Positions 51,056-57,313 of a DNA stretch of 57,313 nt are shown here, in pieces. Every line of letters starts with the position of its first letter. The first letter of the stretch is position 1. The stretch comes from Gemmataceae bacterium. GTDB taxonomy: Bacteria; Planctomycetota; Planctomycetia; Gemmatales; Gemmataceae. The translations under genes were made by a program, and so were the position numbers. The notes under the pieces were generated by a model. It was not told the DNA's origin and did not search any database. It worked only from the letters and a program-made list of their open reading frames with translations. The stretch lies in NCBI GenBank assembly GCA_031396905.1, contig JANNLP010000383.1, forward strand, positions 1 to 57,313, given 5' to 3'.

Positions 51056-51544
51056 TTACCGGACCCAAGTATAGGTTGCTGACTGGCCAAAGCTCTCTTC
51101 CACTTCGAGCGCCAGCGTGTCGGGCACGAAGCTGTGTTCTTTCTTGAGAATTTCCAACAATTGATGAGCCAGATGTTTGGCGAGCAACTCGGCCGTGGTG
51201 TTCTCAATCGGCAGGATCATGCAATCCTCGCGCGGGAACGACCACATGCGATCACGATGACGCAGCAACACTTGCCGATCCTGGATTTCGCATTGAATCA
51301 ATGAGCTTAACCCCGGCACCATCATGCGGTGATCAAGTTGATCGGTCAACTTCTTGAGATGGTTCTTGAGCGCGATGAAATCGAACAAGTAATGATTGGC
51401 ATCAAGCTGGCCCGTCAGTTCGCAAGATGCGCGATAGTTGTGCCCATGCAGCCGCTCACAATTCTGGCCATCGTAGGTAATGAAGTGCCCGGAGCAGAAA
51501 ACCAGGTAATCCTTGGTGACACGAATGGTGTAAGAATCGGTCAT
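51056..51544 (-). CDS. 6-pyruvoyl-tetrahydropterin synthase (PTPS/QueD)-family protein
   Basis: It has FCSGHFITY...ERLHGHNY and the fold-typical His triad and spacing. It is 162 aa. Confidence 0.85.
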   Translation of the reverse strand: MTDSYTIRVTKDYLVFCSGHFITYDGQNCERLHGHNYRASCELTGQLDANHYLFDFIALKNHLKKLTDQLDHRMMVPGLSSLIQCEIQDRQVLLRHRDRMWSFPREDCMILPIENTTAELLAKHLAHQLLEILKKEHSFVPDTLALEVEESFGQSATYTWVR

Positions 51545-52347
51545 GATGCTTCATCCGGTAACACTGTGATGATACTCTGCCGCAAGGCGACGAATAAGGA
51601 AGCGCACACCAGATCGGCCGTGGTGCCGGGATTGCGTTGCGGAAACTCAGCTTCAAACCACGCCTCAAGCGCCGGCAATTGTGAGGCATCGGCGAGGATG
51701 GCCTGCGCCAATGATTGCAGTTGGCACGCTTCTTGTTCACCGCGCTTGCGATGCACAAGTGAATCGGGAAAACGGGAGAGGAATCGCAGGTGAAGGTCGA
51801 TGATCGCGGCTTCCAGTTCTCTTCCGCCGGGATAAACCCGGCGGCTCGTAAAGTGCTTCGCACCTTCGAGGACATCGGCGAAATTGTTTACGTATTGCCG
51901 GGCGATGCTATCGCGGTCGGCGGCCAGCGACATCGCGTCTTTCAGCGTCACCGTGGGCGTGGCGGCGACATCCTGCTCGGCGACTTGCCCAAGCCCGCCC
52001 GGTTTGGCCAAACGAATGGCTTCGTAAACGTGAATCGCATCATCTACCGTCAATTCATCAAGCGTCTTGACGATATCAGGGCCCGCAGCCAGCGGCGCCA
52101 GCAGCAACACGATCCCCAAGTTGGTGTTACTGTTTACGTTTCGTGTAGTGCTGCGAATACACTCCAGAACCGTCTCACCAACGGGGCGATCAGGTGCGCC
52201 GTTCAGCACTGGTGCAATCGCGTCCGCGCTTGTCAACAAATCTTGATATGTCAGATTGGGAAAATCGCGTTCGCGATGTACGTTGCCGGGTTTACGCGCG
52301 GTCGCTTCGAGAATGCACGCCAAGCGGGCGCATTCGCCGATGGTCAT
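51541..52347 (-). CDS. Triphosphoribosyl-dephospho-CoA synthase (CitG/MdcB)-family protein
   Basis: ACILEATARKPGNVHRERDF...TNLGIVLLLAPLA is typical of the family. It has ATGA overlaps at both ends. Confidence 0.8.
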   Translation of the reverse strand: MTIGECARLACILEATARKPGNVHRERDFPNLTYQDLLTSADAIAPVLNGAPDRPVGETVLECIRSTTRNVNSNTNLGIVLLLAPLAAGPDIVKTLDELTVDDAIHVYEAIRLAKPGGLGQVAEQDVAATPTVTLKDAMSLAADRDSIARQYVNNFADVLEGAKHFTSRRVYPGGRELEAAIIDLHLRFLSRFPDSLVHRKRGEQEACQLQSLAQAILADASQLPALEAWFEAEFPQRNPGTTADLVCASLFVALRQSIITVLPDEAS

Positions 52348-53228
52348 GCTTGCACCCGCTGGGCAATGAAATCAAGAACGGCCCCGGCCACGTCCTCATC
52401 ACACGTGGCACTCAGCGCTTTCCAGCCGGGCACGCCGTTGACTTCGAGCACGTGCCAGCCGTTCGGACCATGTAACAAGTCCACGCCGGCGATGGGGCAA
52501 CCCACTACTCGTGCTGCCGCGATGGCGAGTTCTTGTTCTGACGCGCTAAGCCGCAAGCGGGTGGTGCTGGCGCCCTGGGCGACGTTGGTGCGCCAGTGGT
52601 CGCTATGTCGTTTCATGGCGGCTAGCACCTGATCGCCGAGTACGAAAGCACGAACATCCCAACCATCATGTTCAATGAATTCCTGGAGATAAAGCACGCC
52701 GCCCGTGTTGGCCACGGCATGGCAAACGCGCCACGCGGTTTCGGCATCACTGACACGCACCATGCCGCGGCCTTCGGAGCCGAACAACGGTTTAATGATG
52801 ACATCGCCGCCCAGTTGCTCGTATGCAACCATGGCCTCGTCGGCGCCTTGCCCGCACCATGTACTCGGCACCGGCAGTCCGGCCGCGTGCAGCCGTTGCG
52901 TCGTCAGGTACTTGTCGATGCAAAATTCCAGCGCTCGCGGCGGATTGAACACCGCAATCCCGCGCGACTCGGCCGCATGCAACACGTCCATCCGAAAGAT
53001 CACCTGCTCCAACGAGCCCGCCGGCATCGTGCGAACAAGATATGCGTCGGCCTGCCGGTTAGCCGCGACGCGAAGGTACTCCGTAGCGGAGCGCGTGCTC
53101 AGCGGCGGAACCCAATCACTGAGTCCTGTAAATTCGCAAAGGTCCAAATCAATATCACGCGTCGCCGCCGCCCGCTGCAAGTCCTGCACATGCCAACCGG
53201 TGCCGGATGACAGAAGTGCCAAGCGCAT
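52344..53228 (-). CDS. RimK-type ATP-grasp ligase (MptN-like, H4MPT:alpha-L-glutamate ligase family)
   Basis: It has DKYLTTQRLHAAGLPVPSTW, IIKPLFGSEGRGM, YLQEFI and GVDLL...VLEVNGVPGWK. Confidence 0.85.
   Translation of the reverse strand: MRLALLSSGTGWHVQDLQRAAATRDIDLDLCEFTGLSDWVPPLSTRSATEYLRVAANRQADAYLVRTMPAGSLEQVIFRMDVLHAAESRGIAVFNPPRALEFCIDKYLTTQRLHAAGLPVPSTWCGQGADEAMVAYEQLGGDVIIKPLFGSEGRGMVRVSDAETAWRVCHAVANTGGVLYLQEFIEHDGWDVRAFVLGDQVLAAMKRHSDHWRTNVAQGASTTRLRLSASEQELAIAAARVVGCPIAGVDLLHGPNGWHVLEVNGVPGWKALSATCDEDVAGAVLDFIAQRVQA
53056..53095. repeat. Intragenic copy of the 40-nt palindromic element seen at 43991-44030
   Basis: 39/40 identity. It lies in frame inside the ATP-grasp CDS and encodes ...TRSATEYLRVAAN.... 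Confidence 0.8.
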
Positions 53229-53230
53229 AG

Positions 53231-54160
53231 TTACAACCCAAACGATTGCCGAAGAACATCCGGCGCGGTCCGGCCGAAGGCAAACGAGTTGCCGCTGGTC
53301 ATATTGTGAAAAACGATTTCAGCCGGGGCGAACAGTTGCTTGTCCATCGCATAGAAGTCATGATTAGCGGCTTTGAACAATTCCAGAAACGGCGTGCCGA
53401 ATGAAGGCGAGGCGCAGGCCGGCACGCGCGGGCCGATCTCTTTTAGGCGTTCATCGCTGTCGTGGACCCAGAGATGCACTTTGCCGCCATAGAGAATCGC
53501 GTCGTTGGTGCGGCCGAGCGCCTTGAGGTCATCCTTGGCCGGCGGCGGCAGCGGCGCAGTGCCGATGCCAGATGAAATTGCCTTCACGTCGTATTTCAGT
53601 TCGTGTAACTTGTGCAGGGCGACTTCGACCGACCGCGACGCGATTTGTACTCCACCGGCAAGGCTGGCTGTGGGTGCGACCCACAGTGTCAACGCCGCCG
53701 GGGGGAGTTGCAGCTTGTCGGCAAGGTAGCGCACGACACTCGCTGTTGGCAGCGTTCGTGTTTCAATGATTCCCACGGCCTGCTTGGCCGTCTCACGCAA
53801 GCCGATGCTGTCGTAAAGTTCTTCCTTGCCGTAGTGGGCACGCATCGGACCCGAACCCATGCCGAACCAGTCGCCGACCTTGATCTGCCAGCCGGCGTAT
53901 TGCGAGCCGAGGCATGCCGCCAGCGGGTGGTCGGTGGTGACCTGAATTGTCGGCCCTGCTATAATGTCAACCCGGCCCAGGTCGGCGAGGCAGACGCGTG
54001 CCAACGCCAGTCCGGCAAGGTGCCCGCCGGGTGCGTCGATGCCAGCGTCAATGACACGGGCCTCGGCAACGTTGTTGACAATGACGCCAAGCGCCCAAGC
54101 ATCAGCGAGAAGCTCATCGCTGAGCCGAGCCGCACGATCGTTCAGAAAAAACCGCGCCAT
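53231..54160 (-). CDS. mch: Methenyltetrahydromethanopterin cyclohydrolase
   Basis: It has LAACLGSQYAGWQIKVGDWFGMGSGPMRA and VAPTASLAGGVQIASRSVEVALHKLHEL, and ends ...FAPAEIVFHNMTSGNSFAFGRTAPDVLRQSFGL, matching remembered Mch sequences over the full length. Confidence 0.9.
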   Translation of the reverse strand: MARFFLNDRAARLSDELLADAWALGVIVNNVAEARVIDAGIDAPGGHLAGLALARVCLADLGRVDIIAGPTIQVTTDHPLAACLGSQYAGWQIKVGDWFGMGSGPMRAHYGKEELYDSIGLRETAKQAVGIIETRTLPTASVVRYLADKLQLPPAALTLWVAPTASLAGGVQIASRSVEVALHKLHELKYDVKAISSGIGTAPLPPPAKDDLKALGRTNDAILYGGKVHLWVHDSDERLKEIGPRVPACASPSFGTPFLELFKAANHDFYAMDKQLFAPAEIVFHNMTSGNSFAFGRTAPDVLRQSFGL

Positions 54161-54232
54161 GAGGACTTTTTCTCAAGAGTTGGCCAGCCGCGGCTGAATA
54201 TCCGCAGACCATCGGGCCGATAGTACAACGTA

Positions 54233-55099
54233 ATGATCCCGGCGGGAGTCGCCAAGCAAATGCTGCGTATCACACTGTTCCTGACGCTCTGCCTCATCAT
54301 CGGCCCGGACCGCACGGAGCCGGCGCAGGATCAATTCCTCGTCGGCGAAGTACCAATCCCGGCTGCGGTGGTTACGACGCTTGATGCCATCCCGACGGCG
54401 GAGAGTTTCGAAGAGTTGGCCAAGACCGATGCGTTGGCCTGCTTCCGCGCCGCCGTTGCCCGCTACCATCGCGATATTCCCGTGGGCTACACTGCCGTGA
54501 TGCGCAAACACGAGCGCATCGGTGGCCGCATGTACCAGCCCGAAAATGTCGAAATCACTTATCGTAACGAGCCACAGGCCGTGTTGATGAAATGGGTCAG
54601 CGAGCCGGCCGGTCAAGCCGACCGCGTGCTGTATGTGGAAGGCGCCAACGACAACAAACTTGTGTGCCGTCCGAAGTCAGCGATCGCCCGCGCGGTGGCT
54701 GGCTCAATGGTGCTGACGGATCCAGAAGGTCGCGATGCCAAAGGCGGCGGCCGAGTCAGCGTCCGTGAATCGGGTCTGCTGAAAGCCACCGAACAAATCC
54801 TAAGCGCCTGGGGCAAAGCCAAGGAAGACGACAAACTCCATGTCGAATATCTCGGCATTGAAAAAGTGAAAGAACTGGATGGCCGAAAGGTCCACCTTTT
54901 CCGCCGCACAGTGAACCCGCCGGAAAAAGAAGGCGTGACGACAATCGTCACCGGCCTCGATGCCGAAACCTGGCTTCAGGTCGTTAACATTCTCACGGAC
55001 GCCAAGGGCAAACCCATCGCCTCGTATTACTTCAAAGACATCAAGGTGATGCAAGAGTTCCCGGCCGGCACGTTCGAAAAGACGGTCGTAGCGAAGTAG
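54233..55099 (+). CDS. Secreted hypothetical protein (possibly DUF1571/LolA-like)
   Basis: It has an N-terminal hydrophobic signal (MLRITLFLTLCLIIG) and high GC3. The family assignment is from memory only. Confidence 0.6.
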   Translation: MIPAGVAKQMLRITLFLTLCLIIGPDRTEPAQDQFLVGEVPIPAAVVTTLDAIPTAESFEELAKTDALACFRAAVARYHRDIPVGYTAVMRKHERIGGRMYQPENVEITYRNEPQAVLMKWVSEPAGQADRVLYVEGANDNKLVCRPKSAIARAVAGSMVLTDPEGRDAKGGGRVSVRESGLLKATEQILSAWGKAKEDDKLHVEYLGIEKVKELDGRKVHLFRRTVNPPEKEGVTTIVTGLDAETWLQVVNILTDAKGKPIASYYFKDIKVMQEFPAGTFEKTVVAK

Positions 55100-55100
55100 G

Positions 55101-55985
55101 TTACATCTCCACCGCCGTCACCACTTCCACTTTTTCTGGCGTTGCAATCGCCATCACGAATTTCGTCGTCATCGTGCACGCCGCGCCCGAGTTGCCGTTC
55201 TTATCAATCGCCAGAAAGGCGATGCGACACACATCGACACCGCGCAACTTGGCGGCTCGCTTCACCCGGCCCACGGCGGCTTCGCAAGCGGCTTGGGCCG
55301 ATAGTCCCACTCGCATCTGTTCCACAATGTAAAAGCTGCCGACGATGCGCATGCTTTCTTCGCCGACGCCCGTGGCCCCTGCGGCACCCGCCTCATTATC
55401 CACATAAAGTCCATGGCCAATGATCGGCGAATCGCCGACGCGGCCGGGTAACTTGTGCGCCAATCCTGAAGTGCTGCAAGCGCCGCCGAAATGACCAGCT
55501 GCATCACGGGCCAGCACGGTCACGGTGTCGTGGTCCACGCTGGGGTCGGGAAGTTGTTGCGGGCCATCGCCGGGTTTGGGTCGCGTCTTTTCCCATTGCT
55601 GCACGCTCAACGGCGTAGACAAGTTTTCCAGCGGGAAGCCTTCGGTCGCGGCAAAGTCGCGGGCACCTTCGCCGAGCAACAACACATGGCGGGTCTTATC
55701 CATCACGCGGCGAGCCAACGCGCAAACATGGCGGACGTTTTCAACGCCTGCCACAGCGCCGCACCGCAGCGTGGAACCATCCATTACGCAGGCATCCAAT
55801 GTGACACGGCCGGTTACATCGCCGAGGCCACCATAGCCGACGGAGTTCACTGTCGGGTCGTCTTCAACGGCTTGGGCGCCGGCAATGGTCGCATCCAGCG
55901 AAGACTGGCCAATCTGTAATAGCGGAGCCGCTACCCGGACGGCAGTTTCACCAAATTGCCAAGTCGCAATCGCGATCCACGACAT
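55101..55985 (-). CDS. Ntn-hydrolase, isoaspartyl peptidase / L-asparaginase (asparaginase-2) family
   Basis: It has SVGYGGLGD, the autoprocessing site HDTVTVLA, and GRVGDSPIIGHGLYVDNEAGAAGATGVGEE. The start was set at MSWIAIATW. Confidence 0.88.
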   Translation of the reverse strand: MSWIAIATWQFGETAVRVAAPLLQIGQSSLDATIAGAQAVEDDPTVNSVGYGGLGDVTGRVTLDACVMDGSTLRCGAVAGVENVRHVCALARRVMDKTRHVLLLGEGARDFAATEGFPLENLSTPLSVQQWEKTRPKPGDGPQQLPDPSVDHDTVTVLARDAAGHFGGACSTSGLAHKLPGRVGDSPIIGHGLYVDNEAGAAGATGVGEESMRIVGSFYIVEQMRVGLSAQAACEAAVGRVKRAAKLRGVDVCRIAFLAIDKNGNSGAACTMTTKFVMAIATPEKVEVVTAVEM

Positions 55986-56071
55986 GAGGATTCTTCCTGA
56001 AATTGGGTAAAGTTTGCCGATTCTCCAGATTCTCAAGTTATACAAACCAGGCAACCGATACCGAATGTACC

Positions 56072-57313
56072 GTGCGTATCGAACAAGCCATCGCTGCGTC
56101 CCGATTCCGCCACTTGGCCGTGTTTGGCCTCATGTTGTTGTCGCTGTCCGGTTGCACTCGCCGGTTTTGGCGTGAACGGGCCGATCGCGAGGTCGATGGC
56201 ATCCTCACGGAAAAGAACTGTTACGACCAATGGAAAATCGAAGCGTATCATTTGCCGCCCGATGCCCGCGCCCGCTTTGCCGACCCGAGCTGTGATGCCG
56301 ACCGCCCGCCGATGCCGCCGGACGACCCCGCCGCACGGTTACTATCGCCGAATCCGCAAGCACCGGGCAAATCTGGATGTGGCAATCCCGACGGCACCGG
56401 ATACCTCCAATTGATCGCCGCATGGGACACGGAGAACCGCGCCAAACTTCCGGCCAGCACCGAAGCTGCGGCAAGCATTGCCAGCATTGCCGGGCCAACG
56501 CCGACGAACCCCGTGCCTTATGAAAAGACATTGGAATCGAAAGAACGCCCTTACCTGTTGACTGTCGATCAAGCCTGTGAACTCGCACTATTTAATAGCC
56601 GTGAGTTCCAGGATCAGCGCGAGAACTTGTACCTGTCCGCATTGCCGGTGACGCTGGAACGTTTTGCCTTCGCCGCCCAGTTCTTTGCGACGGAACAAGT
56701 CATTCGCGAGCACACTGGCCGCAACACACCCGAAGGCCACGGCAATCGCTGGCGAGGTAATACCGAGCTAGGTGTTAGCAAGTTATTCCCAACTGGAGCG
56801 CTATTGCTCGTCCGCTTCGCCAATCAGGTCGTTGTTAACATGGCAGCGGTAGGATCGGCACGAGTCATTACGCCTTCGACAATCTCATTGGACATGACAC
56901 AGCCGCTGCTGCGCGACGGCGGCAAAGCCGTCACGCTGGAACCGCTGACGCAAACCGAGCGCAATCTGCTCTACCAGGTGCGCGGCTATGCACGCTTCCG
57001 CAAAGAGTTTTTTGTCAGTATCGCTGCCGGCGGTGGCGCGGGCGGCTTCGGCAGCAACTTCGTGTCCGCACCGATTTTGCAGGCATCCGGCACAGGCAAC
57101 GTCGAAGGCTACTACCCCACGATGTTGCGGGGTGCGATTCTCGAAAACCAGCGGCAAAACGTGAAGATGCTCGAAGCCATTCTGGCGTTCTATCGCGGGT
57201 ATCTCGAAGGCGGCGACGTTTCGCAATTGCAAGTCGATCAAGTCGAACTCGACTTGCTTAATGGACGCTCGGCAGCTTTACAACAGACCCAACTACTGAG
57301 CGACGCACTGGAT
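56072..57313 (+). CDS. TolC-family outer-membrane efflux lipoprotein, 5' part (continues beyond the window)
   Basis: Frame is open from GTG 56072 to the window end; it is not in the supplied ORF track because it has no stop. It has a lipobox (FGLMLLSLSGC) and TolC-type repeats: LTVDQACELALFNSREFQDQRENLY, LLYQVRGYARFRKEFF, and LQVDQVELDLLNGRSAALQQ. Confidence 0.75.
   Translation, partial: MRIEQAIAASRFRHLAVFGLMLLSLSGCTRRFWRERADREVDGILTEKNCYDQWKIEAYHLPPDARARFADPSCDADRPPMPPDDPAARLLSPNPQAPGKSGCGNPDGTGYLQLIAAWDTENRAKLPASTEAAASIASIAGPTPTNPVPYEKTLESKERPYLLTVDQACELALFNSREFQDQRENLYLSALPVTLERFAFAAQFFATEQVIREHTGRNTPEGHGNRWRGNTELGVSKLFPTGALLLVRFANQVVVNMAAVGSARVITPSTISLDMTQPLLRDGGKAVTLEPLTQTERNLLYQVRGYARFRKEFFVSIAAGGGAGGFGSNFVSAPILQASGTGNVEGYYPTMLRGAILENQRQNVKMLEAILAFYRGYLEGGDVSQLQVDQVELDLLNGRSAALQQTQLLSDALD

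Noticed and set aside
51790-53367. Plus-strand ORFs of 280, 180 and 220 aa (51790-52632, 52668-53210, 52705-53367).
   Set aside because: They are antisense to the CitG-like, ATP-grasp and mch genes, which have clear family motifs and ATGA-coupled organisation.
1-57313. tRNA, rRNA, tmRNA, integrase, transposase or prophage genes.
   Set aside because: I inspected every spacer longer than about 60 nt by eye and found no cloverleaf-like or rRNA-like sequence. No ORF shows recombinase or transposase motifs. A tRNAscan/Infernal run would be needed to exclude small RNAs rigorously.

Overview
This is a high-GC (about 60%) chromosomal segment whose gene content points to Planctomycetota, probably Pirellulales-like. 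Markers include a BBP7-type outer-membrane protein, a TIGR03000-domain protein, a beta-helix/dockerin exoprotein, a giant 2873-aa repeat protein with FG-GAP blades, and type III glutamine synthetase. There are also Ser/Thr-kinase, FHA and PP2C signalling genes, plus an H4MPT-linked C1 gene set (mch, ATP-grasp, CitG-like, PTPS-like, HisA/F-like). Housekeeping genes are yebC, ispG, rsmH, Fe/Mn-SOD, a C-terminal processing protease, rpsT, tsf, rpsB and two RluA paralogues. I recognised no rRNA, tRNA, CRISPR array, transposase or integrase. The most unusual locus is at the left edge (148-3288). It is a tightly coupled four-gene operon: a strikingly canonical UBC-fold E2-like protein, a low-GC membrane protein, a minimal ThiF-type E1-like enzyme, and a 390-aa protein ending in Gly-Gly. 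A heptamer-built palindrome precedes it, and no deubiquitinase (DUB) or small ubiquitin-like protein (Ubl) is recognisable. It is a candidate uncharacterised ubiquitin-like conjugation module. Secondary points are: (1) four families of short palindromic or conserved intergenic elements, one copy sitting in frame inside the ATP-grasp gene; (2) a 126-nt intergenic module present twice; (3) a split D-glutamate-cyclase-like gene pair; (4) a pseudokinase-PP2C fusion with an FHA partner; (5) a Cys/Gly- and Met-rich TIGR03000 protein. All calls come from reading the sequence and ORF translations by eye; no database search was run.
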